Notes: generated by a model not told the origin, from the sequence alone. A stretch of 64,000 nucleotides of DNA from Candidatus Moraniibacteriota bacterium (GCA_018062205.1 JAGOSP010000002.1:12257-76256); one strand, 5' to 3'; numbered from the stretch's first letter, positions 45,735 through 56,260 are shown. Program-made: numbers and translations.

Positions 45735-46988
45735 TCATGCATACAAAGGAAATTGCTTGCATACCTGACGAATTTCCTTGCGGAGCACCGCTACCAATCG
45801 TGAATATCCCTCATCATCAACAGATATCTGTAGCATACGCCCGATGGCACGAGCAATCAACCTTGTTTCTTTCTCTTTCATTCCTCGTGTCGTGAGAGCG
45901 GGCACTCCGATACGAATACCGGATGGATCCAGCGGTCCGCGTACATCGTTTGGAATTACATTTTTGTTGACAGTAATACCAATCAGTTCCAGTCGTTCTT
46001 CCGCTTCTTTCCCTGTAAGACCATAGCTGGAAACGGTATCGACCAGTACCATATGATTTTCTGTTCCCCCGAAAAGCATTTGTGCCCCAGACTTAACCAG
46101 TTCCGTCTCGAGTACTTTGGCATTTTTCAGTGTCTGCTTGGCATATTTTCGAAAATCTGTTTGGAGCGCCTCGCCAAACGCGACTGCCTTAGCGGCAATC
46201 ACCTGCATATGCGGACCACCCTGTGTTCCTGGGAACACGGCCTTATCAATCGCTGTCGCAAATTCTTTTCGACAAAGAATCAGTCCTCCACGCGGACCAC
46301 GCAGTGTCTTGTGTGTCGTTGCGGTCACAACATCAAAATACTCAACTGGGTTCGGTAACGCTTTACCCGCAACGAGTCCAGCAATATGCGCCATATCCAT
46401 CATGGTCATCGCACCCACTTTTTTACCAATAGCAACAAAACGGGCATAATCGATCTGCCGAGTATACGAGGAAAATCCAGCGAGTAAGAGTTTCGGTTTT
46501 TCTTTCTTCGCCAATATTTCAAGCTTGTCATAATCAATACTCCCATCTGCTTCCGTCTGATAGCGCACAAAGCGATACACCTTGGCCGGCAGAGTCACCG
46601 GATGCCCATGTGTCAGGTGTCCACCATGTGAGAGATCCATGCCGAGTACGGTATCACCCGGCTGAAGAAGTGCCGCATAGACCGCCAGATTCGCCTGCGC
46701 TCCCGAATGTGGCTGCACATTGGCATGCTCCGCTCCAAAAAGTTTCTTTGCCCGATCAAGAGCCAGCGTCTCAACAATATCGGTGAATACCTGTCCACCG
46801 TAGTAGCGTTTCCCTGGATAGCCTTCTGAATACTTATTCGTCAGCACGGTGCCAAGAGTATCAAGTACTGCTTTGGAAACATAATTCTCCGAGGCGATCA
46901 TCTCAAGCCCCTCTTCTTGGCGCTTCTCTTCGCCCAATACCGCGGCGTATATGGCTTTATCTTGGGTCTTCAGAGCTTCATGTTTCAT
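45735..46988 (-). CDS. glyA: Serine hydroxymethyltransferase
   Basis: Start at MKHEALKTQDKAIYAAVLGEEKRQEEGLEMIASENY. PLP-lysine region TTHKTLRGPRGG. Confidence 0.9.
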   Translation of the reverse strand: MKHEALKTQDKAIYAAVLGEEKRQEEGLEMIASENYVSKAVLDTLGTVLTNKYSEGYPGKRYYGGQVFTDIVETLALDRAKKLFGAEHANVQPHSGAQANLAVYAALLQPGDTVLGMDLSHGGHLTHGHPVTLPAKVYRFVRYQTEADGSIDYDKLEILAKKEKPKLLLAGFSSYTRQIDYARFVAIGKKVGAMTMMDMAHIAGLVAGKALPNPVEYFDVVTATTHKTLRGPRGGLILCRKEFATAIDKAVFPGTQGGPHMQVIAAKAVAFGEALQTDFRKYAKQTLKNAKVLETELVKSGAQMLFGGTENHMVLVDTVSSYGLTGKEAEERLELIGITVNKNVIPNDVRGPLDPSGIRIGVPALTTRGMKEKETRLIARAIGRMLQISVDDEGYSRLVAVLRKEIRQVCKQFPLYA

Positions 46989-47189
46989 AGAAAGAGTTTT
47001 ATCGGATACCCCCATCCTAGCAAAAAGCTTCACTTCCCGCACTATTGACTTTTAAATAATAACAGTGTACGATATTTTATTCAGAATGGAATGAATGGGA
47101 ATGAACAAGTCTGAAAAATCTTCTTTAAAAATAGCAGCAAAAAAACCCACTCCGGAGGGATTGATCCGGATGTATCAGGAGGAAAAATC

Positions 47190-47714
47190 ATGTCCAACGA
47201 ACTCTCTGTTTTTTTTCTTTTTGTGGCGGCAGTGTTGTATGGATGGTCTATTTACCAGGGAAACTCTGCCCGAAATTCCAAACAAACGCGAATAAAAGCC
47301 CTCCTCTTCGCAATTGTTTTCGGGATAAGCATAATCTTGCCAATTACCTCCTTGTACACAAACTATGTCCGCTCAATAGAAACCAGCGCTCCACCCACCA
47401 GGCACAATGTTGCGGTTCTTGAAAAGACACAGCCAGGGGATTTCCTCCTTTGTGTTGACGAGAATCAACGGAACAAATATGCCCTGCTTGTTGAACGAGC
47501 GGATACTGAATATGTTCGTGGCTTTTTTGTGGAGCAAGAATTCGTTCTCCACACAACGGGACCAGGACTGATCATCGATCGATTTTTCCCTGATGATTCA
47601 TGCCTCCTCAAGAAATTCTCCAACGAAGAACAAGGAGGTGCCGCTGTCGACCAAGAAATCGGGGGTATTCTCCGCCGAGGTCTCAATCCTCCACTGGCTT
47701 CCGTGTTGAAGTAA
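47190..47714 (+). CDS. Hypothetical membrane protein (2 TM plus soluble C-terminus)
   Basis: 174-aa ORF. TM1 LSVFFLFVAAVLYGW, TM2 ALLFAIVFGISIILPI. Confidence 0.3.
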   Translation: MSNELSVFFLFVAAVLYGWSIYQGNSARNSKQTRIKALLFAIVFGISIILPITSLYTNYVRSIETSAPPTRHNVAVLEKTQPGDFLLCVDENQRNKYALLVERADTEYVRGFFVEQEFVLHTTGPGLIIDRFFPDDSCLLKKFSNEEQGGAAVDQEIGGILRRGLNPPLASVLK

Positions 47715-47886
47715 CCGCGCCCTACGGTGTAGCACTCCGCCTGTAGTACTCTTGCATCACATGATGATCAGAGTTCCACGGGCGATTTTTTTTATTTCGC
47801 AATGTTCGTTTTTCATCAATCCTTTGATTGCAAATACGAAAAATACACCAAAATACTCTCCTTCTAGTAATCTCCAAAAAATTCCG

Positions 47887-48789
47887 CTATTTCCCACTGA
47901 CAAACTCTCTCAAGGCCTCACGATAATCACGAAGGAGTGGCCGCTTGGTATTGAGAAGTTCTGAGTACGCCGGACGTTTGGCTGGACGAGAAAAAGCATC
48001 GGGAGAAACAGGTCGAACGATTATATCTGGTCTCACCAGACGGAATAGCTCCTGTGCTGCTTCGTACCACGTTGCAACACCGCTATTAATGAGATGGTAA
48101 ATACCAGATGCCACATGATCCTCAATGAGTGTACGGGTGGCTTCTGCAAGATCGGGAGCATAGGTAAAACAACTTTGTTCACTTTCTACGGCACTTACTT
48201 CTGTCTTTCCTTCAGCAATCACCAACATTTTTTCAAAAAAACTTTGCTTCCCTGCTGCCGAAAGAGCCGGCTTACCAAATAATTTTGAGAGACGAATGAC
48301 GTAGTGTGTTCCGACCATAGACAAGACAGCTTGCTCGCCCTCCCATTTCGTCAGACCATACCGGGATACTGGTTGAGGTGTCTCATCTTCAGTATATCCT
48401 TGCTCTTGTATTCCCGGAAATACATAATCAGTCGAATAGTGGACAAATATCGCACCAATAGCTCCCGCTAATTGCGCTAGTCGTTCTGGCACTTTTGTAT
48501 TAAGAACGCACGCTTTTTCATATTCTTCTTCATTCGTCTCACACAAATCAACCGCATTGTATGCCACGGCATTTAGAAGAATCGATGGCATAATTTCGCG
48601 GATTTTTGTTTCAGTATGCACCGAATCAGTCAGATCAATTTCCTCACGATCCCAACCAATAACTTCATATTGTGCACTCCCAGAAAAAACCTGAACGAGT
48701 TCCTGTCCGAGCATACCTTGCGATCCAAGAACCAATACTTTCTGCTTAGGCTGTTCCATACTGATTTGAGTCATATTTTTGATACTCAC
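47887..48789 (-). CDS. rmlD: dTDP-4-dehydrorhamnose reductase
   Basis: 300 aa. N-terminal KVLVLGSQGMLGQEL Rossmann motif. YSTDYVF and YGLTK (YxxxK) motifs. The start is possibly an internal Met. Overlaps rmlB by up to 44 nt. Confidence 0.7.
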   Translation of the reverse strand: MSIKNMTQISMEQPKQKVLVLGSQGMLGQELVQVFSGSAQYEVIGWDREEIDLTDSVHTETKIREIMPSILLNAVAYNAVDLCETNEEEYEKACVLNTKVPERLAQLAGAIGAIFVHYSTDYVFPGIQEQGYTEDETPQPVSRYGLTKWEGEQAVLSMVGTHYVIRLSKLFGKPALSAAGKQSFFEKMLVIAEGKTEVSAVESEQSCFTYAPDLAEATRTLIEDHVASGIYHLINSGVATWYEAAQELFRLVRPDIIVRPVSPDAFSRPAKRPAYSELLNTKRPLLRDYREALREFVSGK

Positions 48790-49750
48790 CGCTCTTCACA
48801 CGCTTCCACCATATTTCATGTTCTTGAAACCAAGCAACCGTTTGGGCTAGTCCCTCCTCAAGTGAAACCAATGGTTCCCAACCAAGTTCTGTTCGAATTT
48901 TTGCAAAATCAATTGCATATCGACGGTCATGCCCAAGCCGGTCAGTCACGTGTTCGATGAAAGATGTGTCTTTGCCAAGGAGCGAGAGTAGTTTTTCTAC
49001 AATCCAGATATTCTCTCGTTCTCCATTGCCACCGATGCAGTAGATCTCACCAATTCGCCCCCGACGAAGTATGAGATCAATTGCTCGACAATGATCTTTC
49101 ACAAAAAGCCAATCCCTCACCTGTCGACCATCTCCATATACCGGCACTTTTTCTCCTTCGAGAATATGAGTAATCGCCAGCGGAATCAGCTTTTCGGGGA
49201 AATGATATGGGCCATAATTATTTGAACAGTTTGAAATGGTTATCGGTAATCCATAGGTATAAAAATACGCTCGAACAAGATGATCACTCGCAGCCTTCGA
49301 CGCACTGTATGGACTTCGCGGATCATACGGTGTTGCTTCATGAAAAGCTGGGTCATTGCGTCTGAGCGAACCAAACACCTCATCAGTCGAAACATGATGA
49401 AAACGCTTTCCATATTTCCGGGCCATCTCCAAGAGCGTAAATGTCCCCATCACATTCGTTCGCACAAAAACCTCCGGTCCAAGTATTGATCGATCAACAT
49501 GCGATTCAGCCGCAAAGTGAACTACTGCGTCACATTGTTCCACCAATGGTTCAACAAGCTTTGCGTCACCGATATCTCCTTTCACAAATTGGTAATGTGT
49601 ATCGCCTTCTACCGAAACAAGATTTTCGAGATTCCCAGCGTACGTCAAATTATCAAGGTTTACGATAGAATCTTCGGGATAGGTCTCTCGTAAAAAATGA
49701 ATGAAATTAGAACCGATAAATCCCGCCCCACCCGTAATAAGTAATTTCAT
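48746..49750 (-). CDS. rmlB: dTDP-glucose 4,6-dehydratase
   Basis: 334 aa. MKLLITGGAGFIGSNF and YSASKAASDHLVRAY (catalytic YxxxK). Extended SDR fold. Confidence 0.9.
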   Translation of the reverse strand: MKLLITGGAGFIGSNFIHFLRETYPEDSIVNLDNLTYAGNLENLVSVEGDTHYQFVKGDIGDAKLVEPLVEQCDAVVHFAAESHVDRSILGPEVFVRTNVMGTFTLLEMARKYGKRFHHVSTDEVFGSLRRNDPAFHEATPYDPRSPYSASKAASDHLVRAYFYTYGLPITISNCSNNYGPYHFPEKLIPLAITHILEGEKVPVYGDGRQVRDWLFVKDHCRAIDLILRRGRIGEIYCIGGNGERENIWIVEKLLSLLGKDTSFIEHVTDRLGHDRRYAIDFAKIRTELGWEPLVSLEEGLAQTVAWFQEHEIWWKRVKSGEYQKYDSNQYGTA

Positions 49751-49808
49751 ACTCCGAAAAAATCAAGAAATGAATGCTATTCTCCTTGCTTCAAAAACTA
49801 AAAGAAAA

Positions 49809-50375
49809 TTATTTCTCTTCGTATCGAAAAGTTGGGTTCCCGCTATATTGGGCAAATGAAAACAACTGCCTGTCTTTTTCTAATACGAGAGGATATTTAA
49901 AAGGCCAAACAATACCGATGTCTGGATCATCAAAACAAATCCCTCCCTCAGATGTCTTGGAATACAAAGCTGTCACTTTATAAGAAAAAAGAGTGTCATC
50001 TTCCAATGCAAGAAATCCATGAGCAAATCCAATCGGCACCCATAGTTGCTGGTGATTCTCCTCTGACAATTCTACGGCTACATATTGACCATATGTCGGA
50101 GAACCAAAACGAATATCAACAACAACATCCAGCGCGCGTCCATGAATCACCTGTACCAATTTTCCTTGTGCAACAGGATCACGCTGAAAGTGCATCCCTC
50201 GCAAAACTCCTTTCTTCGATTTCGATATATTTTCTTGAACAAAATCATCGACCGGAATCCCTAGTTCCCGATATCGTTCTTTTTGAAAAGATTCAAAAAA
50301 GTACCCTCTTTCATCCACAAAAACCTCGGGTGTCATAACGACTAAACCTGCGATGTCAAATGTTCTAGTTTGCAT
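49809..50375 (-). CDS. rmlC: dTDP-4-dehydrorhamnose 3,5-epimerase
   Basis: Start at MQTRTFDIAG. FVDERGYFFESF and GKLVQVIHGRALDVVVDIR cupin signature of RmlC. Confidence 0.85.
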   Translation of the reverse strand: MQTRTFDIAGLVVMTPEVFVDERGYFFESFQKERYRELGIPVDDFVQENISKSKKGVLRGMHFQRDPVAQGKLVQVIHGRALDVVVDIRFGSPTYGQYVAVELSEENHQQLWVPIGFAHGFLALEDDTLFSYKVTALYSKTSEGGICFDDPDIGIVWPFKYPLVLEKDRQLFSFAQYSGNPTFRYEEK

Positions 50376-50446
50376 AAAATGACATTTTCTTTGGATAAAC
50401 AAAGGAATCTTCGTCTATCCTAACATACAATTTCAAGTGAAACAAA

Positions 50447-50480
50447 AATCCGCCCTGAAAAAACCAGAGCGGAATTCGTA
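50447..50480 (-). terminator. Intrinsic terminator downstream of KH-domain gene
   Basis: Minus strand reads CCGCTCTGG-TTTTTT-CAGGGCGG followed by ATTTTTGTTT. Confidence 0.45.
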
Positions 50481-50512
50481 TGTTCAATTCAAAGCGTCTC
50501 AGGTGAGAAAAA

Positions 50513-50893
50513 CTACCCGGCAATCTCATTCATGACATCATCAAGAGATCGTCTTACTGGCTCTTCTGCTGGCTTTTCTTCGCGTACTTTCTCCTCGCGT
50601 GGCTTTTCCTCCCGTGGTTCGCGATGCCCACGCTCTGACCCTTCTGGTTCATTAATCTTCAAGTTTACCCGAGCATTATTGCGAGCGCCAATGACACGAA
50701 GCAAAGTACGGAGCGCCTTAGCTGTCATACCTTCACGTCCAATAACCATACCCATGTCTTTTGGGTTCACATCCAACGTAATAAGCACGCCCATCTCATC
50801 AATCTTTCGTTCAACCTTTACGTCCTCAGGATTATCCACGAGCATCTTTACAACATACTCAACAAATTCCTTGTCCATCATAGTATCCGTCAT
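50513..50893 (-). CDS. KH-domain RNA-binding protein (KhpA/YlqC-like) with repetitive charged C-terminal tail
   Basis: 126 aa. KH core VIGREGMTAKALRTLLRVIG. The tail contains REEKP-REEKV-REEKP repeats. Confidence 0.7.
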   Translation of the reverse strand: MTDTMMDKEFVEYVVKMLVDNPEDVKVERKIDEMGVLITLDVNPKDMGMVIGREGMTAKALRTLLRVIGARNNARVNLKINEPEGSERGHREPREEKPREEKVREEKPAEEPVRRSLDDVMNEIAG

Positions 50894-51111
50894 ATGCTTA
50901 CTCTCACCGGTTTACTGTATTAAGAGAAAGTTTATTACTTCCTTTATCTTCATTGTACCTCGAGCTTTTTGTTTGTCAATTTATTCTCTCGTGGTTTGCA
51001 ATGTTTCCAAAACAATATGTCCTTGAGAGCGTTCAAAAAAATATCAGATGATGATTAATTATGAGAAATAATGAAAACTAATATGTATGTTCGTGTCCTT
51101 ATCCAAATATC

Positions 51112-52431
51112 TCAAAAAGAATTATCCCATTCCGCAGGAGGAACAAATGGTTTCTTTTTCCATTCTGGAGACTGGCAACAGAGGAAATGCGGGGCTTCGA
51201 TAGGATCAAAAAGCAATTTTTCCGATACCCATTCCATACGCATACCACGAGATCCTTTCACTAATACCAAATCTCCTTCCTGCGCCAGACTCTCCACAAA
51301 CAATGCCGCTTCACCACTTCGTTCAAACCAAGAAATCTGTTGCCGAGAAAATCCTTGTGCAATCAATTCATTAAAGAGACATTTCATTCTTTGCCCAACC
51401 AGAATAATTGCCTGTACACCAGAAAGCAAAACAGACTGAGATAATTCACGGTGTCTCTTCACTGATTCTTCTCCAATCTCAAGCATATCACCGAGAACAG
51501 CAATCTTGCGATTTGCTCGTAATTCACCCAATACAGCCAGTGCCGCTGTAGTCGATGCTGGGGACGCATTATAAGTATCATCCAAAAGAATACTTCCTTT
51601 TACTCCCGGTATCAGCCGCATCCGACCCGGTAGCGGCCCAAAAGAAGTCAGCGCATCAACAATCTGCACCGGATTGACCCGAAGCGCAATGCCAACAGCC
51701 GCCGCAGCCAATGCTGCTGCTATCTGATGTCTGGCAATCACTTTCGGTAAACGCACTGGCAATGATTTCCCATGATAGTTCATTTTAAACGCGAGTCCTT
51801 TGGCTAATCGGGCTTCTGGTTCCACAACGATATGTGCTGCACAGACATCGGAATGTTCGCCAAAACCAAATGTGAGCACTTTTGCTTTTGTTTTCTCCCG
51901 AAAACACACTACACGAGCATCATCAGCATTCAAAATAGCGAAACCAGAAACCGGTAGACTCGTGATCAGTTTTCCTTTTTCTTTCGCAATGTTATGGAGT
52001 GAACCAAAAAATTCGATATGACTTTCTGATACCTGAGTGAATACCCCAATATCAATCGGTACGATGGAGAGAAGATATTCCATATCACCCGGTCGATCAA
52101 TTCCCATTTCAAGTACCAGCACTTCCGGATAGCGCAATGGAAACAATACATACCCAAGCCAATGTATCCCTATCCACACCCACCGAAAGAACGAGTGCTC
52201 TCCACTCTTCGAACCAAGAATTGTCAAAGGGATACCAATCTCATTATTATAATTACCTTCTGCTCCGCGGACAGAGTATTTTTGCGATAAGACCAGTACG
52301 ATTGCCTCCTTTGTTGAGCTTTTCCCAACGGAGCCTGTAACTCCTACCACTAATGGATGGTACTTCCGCAAAAGAACACGTGCCATACCACGCAGAGCAC
52401 TCTCGGTAATTTGTTTTAATATATGATGCAT
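51112..52431 (-). CDS. murF: UDP-N-acetylmuramoyl-tripeptide--D-alanyl-D-alanine ligase
   Basis: Start at MHHILKQ. VGVTGSVGKSSTKEAI P-loop. Mur-ligase middle and C-terminal domains. Lies 15 nt downstream of ftsI. Confidence 0.85.
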   Translation of the reverse strand: MHHILKQITESALRGMARVLLRKYHPLVVGVTGSVGKSSTKEAIVLVLSQKYSVRGAEGNYNNEIGIPLTILGSKSGEHSFFRWVWIGIHWLGYVLFPLRYPEVLVLEMGIDRPGDMEYLLSIVPIDIGVFTQVSESHIEFFGSLHNIAKEKGKLITSLPVSGFAILNADDARVVCFREKTKAKVLTFGFGEHSDVCAAHIVVEPEARLAKGLAFKMNYHGKSLPVRLPKVIARHQIAAALAAAAVGIALRVNPVQIVDALTSFGPLPGRMRLIPGVKGSILLDDTYNASPASTTAALAVLGELRANRKIAVLGDMLEIGEESVKRHRELSQSVLLSGVQAIILVGQRMKCLFNELIAQGFSRQQISWFERSGEAALFVESLAQEGDLVLVKGSRGMRMEWVSEKLLFDPIEAPHFLCCQSPEWKKKPFVPPAEWDNSF

Positions 52432-52445
52432 AAAACAGTATATTT

Positions 52446-54224
52446 TTACGTTCCCGCTTTCTGAAGCTTCGGCGTCAACAAAGACTCCGTCGGTTCTATT
52501 CTGGCATACTCCAACAAAAATCGCATCAACTGACCAAAGGCTGGAGCCGCACTCGATTCTGCCCACTGCACATCTTTTGGATTATCCACTTTTATTAATA
52601 TAACAAAACGAGGATTTTCACGTGGGGCATATCCCACAAATGAACCAATGTTTTTCCCTTCCTCGTAGCCCCTCCCATCAGTCCGTGCAACTTGTGCTGT
52701 TCCTGTCTTTCCAACCACTTCATACCCAGGGACATCCGCACGTTTCCCGTGGCCACTTACCACAACACTGCGCAACATATGTCCGATTGTCTCGCTTGTC
52801 TCCTTACTAATAACTCTGCGCACCTCTTCCGGTGAAATTGATTCTGCACTCCCATCTGCATGACGAACATTTTCCACGATCTGCGGTCGCATGAGCATAC
52901 CACCATTTGCCAATGCCGCATAGGCTGTCACTATCTGAAGTGGTGTTACGGTAATTCCCTGCCCATAAGCAGCTGTGTAAAATTGAATACCAATACGAAA
53001 ATCACTCAAATTATGAAGATTTCCTCCTAATTCAGCTGGCAACTTCACGCCTGTTTTTTCTCCAAATCCAAATCGTTTTAATCGTTCAGTAAAAACCTTA
53101 TGTCCAACTGCACGCTCAACAAAAATCATACCGGTATTAATTGAATTCTCAAGAACCTTCGTCATCGTGCTTCTTCCATAGACTTTTTCTTCAGAATTTT
53201 TCACTGTATATCCGGATTCTGTTACCGATCCAGTATCAACATACTCGGTGGTTGATGAAACCTTCTTCTCATCAATACCAATAGCCATCGTAATTGGTTT
53301 CATTACTGATCCAGGCTCATACGTCGAACTTACCGCGGGGTTCAAAAATAAACTGAGATCTTCTGTCTCTGAATATTTATTGGGATTAAAATCTGGGGCA
53401 TTCGCTAACGCGAGAATCCTGCCTGTAGTTGGCTCCATCACAATGGCTGTCATCGCATCAGCTTCGTGCTTTTCTCTATATTCTTGAACAATTTTTTCTG
53501 TTTCGTGCTGAATCACTCTATCAAGGGTCAATGTAAGTACATCCCCATGATCAGGGACGTCAACTCGTGAATTCGAAAGTGAAATCCAACGCCCACCAGC
53601 ATCGCGCTCTTCATGTACTCGCGAAAACTTTCCTTTGAGCTCTGAATCAAAGGATGCTTCAATCCCATATCCACCGGCCCCACCCTGTTCTCCTAATCCT
53701 GCAAACCCAACTATATGCGAAGCAAGATTCTCTGCCGGATAATAACGATATTTTTCTGGAAGGAGAGAAACCCCCTTCAACGAGAGCTTTCGTATATTTG
53801 CCACCTCATCATCATTCAGCCGATGTTTTATCATTTCAAAAGGATCTGTTCGATCAGAGAGTCGTCTCAGAATTTCTTCTTCATCTTTATTCAGAATAAC
53901 TGAAAGTTCACGGGCAACCTCCTTCGCATCATGTACCTCCCGAGGAACAACATAGACAGCCATATACTCACGATTTACTGCCAAGGGATATATTCCTTCA
54001 TTATCATGCAAAAAAATTTCTCCTCGCTCTGCCTTTAAATCAAAAGATGAAAGACGTTGTTTTTTTGCCCGATCGCTCCAGAGCGCATGATCATGAACCT
54101 GAATACGATACAGTTGCCAAAGTAATCCGCATACAACGAAAAGAAAACAAATAAAAACAAACGCAACGCGAATTACTTCGGTGTCATTTTTCTTTTTTAG
54201 TATTTTTTTTGGCGAAACACGCAT
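52446..54224 (-). CDS. ftsI: Penicillin-binding protein 2/3-type transpeptidase (FtsI-like)
   Basis: 592 aa. N-terminal TM, dimerisation domain. Transpeptidase motifs STYEPGSVMKP (SxxK), SNS-like and KTGTAQV (KTG). Confidence 0.85.
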   Translation of the reverse strand: MRVSPKKILKKKNDTEVIRVAFVFICFLFVVCGLLWQLYRIQVHDHALWSDRAKKQRLSSFDLKAERGEIFLHDNEGIYPLAVNREYMAVYVVPREVHDAKEVARELSVILNKDEEEILRRLSDRTDPFEMIKHRLNDDEVANIRKLSLKGVSLLPEKYRYYPAENLASHIVGFAGLGEQGGAGGYGIEASFDSELKGKFSRVHEERDAGGRWISLSNSRVDVPDHGDVLTLTLDRVIQHETEKIVQEYREKHEADAMTAIVMEPTTGRILALANAPDFNPNKYSETEDLSLFLNPAVSSTYEPGSVMKPITMAIGIDEKKVSSTTEYVDTGSVTESGYTVKNSEEKVYGRSTMTKVLENSINTGMIFVERAVGHKVFTERLKRFGFGEKTGVKLPAELGGNLHNLSDFRIGIQFYTAAYGQGITVTPLQIVTAYAALANGGMLMRPQIVENVRHADGSAESISPEEVRRVISKETSETIGHMLRSVVVSGHGKRADVPGYEVVGKTGTAQVARTDGRGYEEGKNIGSFVGYAPRENPRFVILIKVDNPKDVQWAESSAAPAFGQLMRFLLEYARIEPTESLLTPKLQKAGT

Positions 54225-54397
54225 ACAATCATAGAATACTCTGGGTTAGAGCTTCCCTAGTCTACTCCAAATCCCACTGAAAAAAATATCTTACTCCAGA
54301 ATAAACTAAAAAAACACTTTTTTATCATTTATCCAGAAATGCGGATACTAAAGAATGCTCTAACTCATCTGAAAGATACTTTTATCTCCAAAAAAAA

Positions 54398-54748
54398 CTA
54401 ACGCGAAGCAATAATATCTCGTTCTTCAAAATACTGAGGATTAGTGACCTGATCGAGAGAAAGTGATTCACGGGCTTCATCGATACGCTGAAAGGATCTT
54501 ACATCCGCTTCGCGTATCTTCAAGCGTGCATTTTCTTCCTGTCTACTGGCAATTTCTTTCTCAAGCTGACGAACCTGGTATCCCTGAACTGCATTGCTAT
54601 TTACTGAATAGACATGCATCCCCAGTACACCCACAAAAAACAAGAGAATAAGGAATGCTATATCTGTCCGAAAAAACCCCGCCCGACCAGAGGTTGATGC
54701 GGACACACTGTTTTTTCTCGTTTGAATATGAGCGTCAGGAATTCGCAT
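54398..54748 (-). CDS. ftsL: FtsL/DivIC-like cell-division protein
   Basis: Small bitopic protein (TM IAFLILLFFVGVLGMHVY then coiled coil VRQLEKEIASRQEENARLK) located between rsmH and ftsI. The start may be upstream (the ORF extends to 54808). Confidence 0.5.
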   Translation of the reverse strand: MRIPDAHIQTRKNSVSASTSGRAGFFRTDIAFLILLFFVGVLGMHVYSVNSNAVQGYQVRQLEKEIASRQEENARLKIREADVRSFQRIDEARESLSLDQVTNPQYFEERDIIASR

Positions 54749-54776
54749 AATTTTTTGCTTTTTTTCGATATCTGTA

Positions 54777-55742
54777 TCAGCACTTTTCTGCAAAACGGAG
54801 TTTGGCACTCCTGGATCGAGGATTTTCTGATATTTCTTTTTCGCTGGCCGTAATAGGGTCTCGGGAAATATGTTTCAACTTAGGTTTCTTATGACAAACG
54901 CAAACTGGAAATTCTGGTGGACATTCACAACCTTTCGCCATCTGACGGAAAAACTGTTTCACTATACGGTCTTCACCTGAATGAAAGCTAATGACTCCCA
55001 ACCGTCCACCTAAAGCCAGAAGATTCACCGACTGTTCGAGGAAGTGTTCTAGATTTCCGTATTCATTATTCACCGCAATACGCAGTGCCTGGAATACTTT
55101 TGTTGCTGGATGCGTTTTTCGTTTCAAACAAACACGCATTGGCATCGCCTGTCTGACTACTTCTGCCAGCTCGACAGTTCTCGAAAAAGGCTTCTCTTTC
55201 CTTGTTTTAACAATAGCTCGTGCGATACTTCTCGCACATTCTTCATCGCCCATCTCAGAAAAAAGTTCTGAGAGAGAGGTCTCTGCCCACACATTGACAA
55301 TATGCGCTGCTGTCTCACCCGAGCGTTGGTCGAGTCGCATATCAAGTGGACCATCCTTCAAAAATGAAAGTCCTCTTTCTTCGTCCTCAATCTGATCTGA
55401 TGAATAACCAAGATCTGCAAAAATTGCATCAACCAGAGGTAAATCAATTTCTTTTGCTGCGTCACTTATATCAGCAAAATTCGCATGAATAACCACGAGC
55501 TTCCCGGCCTCTTGAGCAGAGAGAAGGTTCTCATCCTTTTTCATTCGCGAAAAGAATCGATCAATAGCCGACTGATCCATATCGAGTGATACGACCTTCC
55601 CGGTCTCTCCGACTGCGGAACGGAAAAGAAGTGTATGTCCGCCACCCCCAAGAGTTGCGTCCACAACTATATCACCAGGCAAAAGATGAAGTCCGTCAAG
55701 AGCTTCTTGCCAAAGAACTGCGACATGTTTCGTCTCATCCAT
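54777..55742 (-). CDS. rsmH: 16S rRNA (cytosine1402-N4)-methyltransferase
   Basis: 321 aa. HVAVLWQEALDGL...DATLGGGGHT SAM-binding motif. Conserved MraW C-terminal region. Confidence 0.9.
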   Translation of the reverse strand: MDETKHVAVLWQEALDGLHLLPGDIVVDATLGGGGHTLLFRSAVGETGKVVSLDMDQSAIDRFFSRMKKDENLLSAQEAGKLVVIHANFADISDAAKEIDLPLVDAIFADLGYSSDQIEDEERGLSFLKDGPLDMRLDQRSGETAAHIVNVWAETSLSELFSEMGDEECARSIARAIVKTRKEKPFSRTVELAEVVRQAMPMRVCLKRKTHPATKVFQALRIAVNNEYGNLEHFLEQSVNLLALGGRLGVISFHSGEDRIVKQFFRQMAKGCECPPEFPVCVCHKKPKLKHISRDPITASEKEISENPRSRSAKLRFAEKC

Positions 55743-55825
55743 ATATCATCATTCCTTTCCAGTTTTCAGCTTACAATTTCCATTCTATCTTTCCTTGAAA
55801 ATTGCACGCTCAAAATTGAAAGAAT

Positions 55826-56260
55826 TTAATACACACCAAGCTTTCCAAGTTCCTCTGCAATTTTTCCGGTATTTTTTTCTGCATTTTGTTTATATTTTTT
55901 CCAGACATCTTCATCCCAAATTTCAAGACGATTGTACACACCAACTATGGTGACTTCTTTTTTTAAGCCCGCATCATTTTTTAAGTATTCCGGAAGAAGC
56001 ACTCTTCCTTGGCTATCAAGCTCGGTGTCCACTGCACCAGAGAGCATCAAACGAATAAAACTTCGTGTTCCACTTTCTCCAACTGGAAGATTTCCCAATT
56101 TACTCGCAATTTCTTCCCATACTTTCATTGGGTAAACAAAAAGACAGTGATCAAGTCCTCGTGTTACAACAACACGGCTCCCTAGCTCTCCGCGAAACTT
56201 TGAAGGGAGCGCCAGACGCTTTTTTGGATCAACACTATGAGAGTATTCGCCGATGAACAT
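55826..56260 (-). CDS. mraZ: Transcriptional regulator MraZ
   Basis: 144 aa. MFIGEYSHSVDPKKRLALPSKFR; duplicated MraZ/SpoVT-AbrB-like halves. Confidence 0.9.
   Translation of the reverse strand: MFIGEYSHSVDPKKRLALPSKFRGELGSRVVVTRGLDHCLFVYPMKVWEEIASKLGNLPVGESGTRSFIRLMLSGAVDTELDSQGRVLLPEYLKNDAGLKKEVTIVGVYNRLEIWDEDVWKKYKQNAEKNTGKIAEELGKLGVY

Noticed and set aside
47715-47886. Possible structured element after gene 47190-47714 (CGCCC...GGGCG flanking a 47-nt loop then T8)
   Set aside because: The stem is short with a very large loop. More likely it is just a weak terminator. Not reported as a feature.
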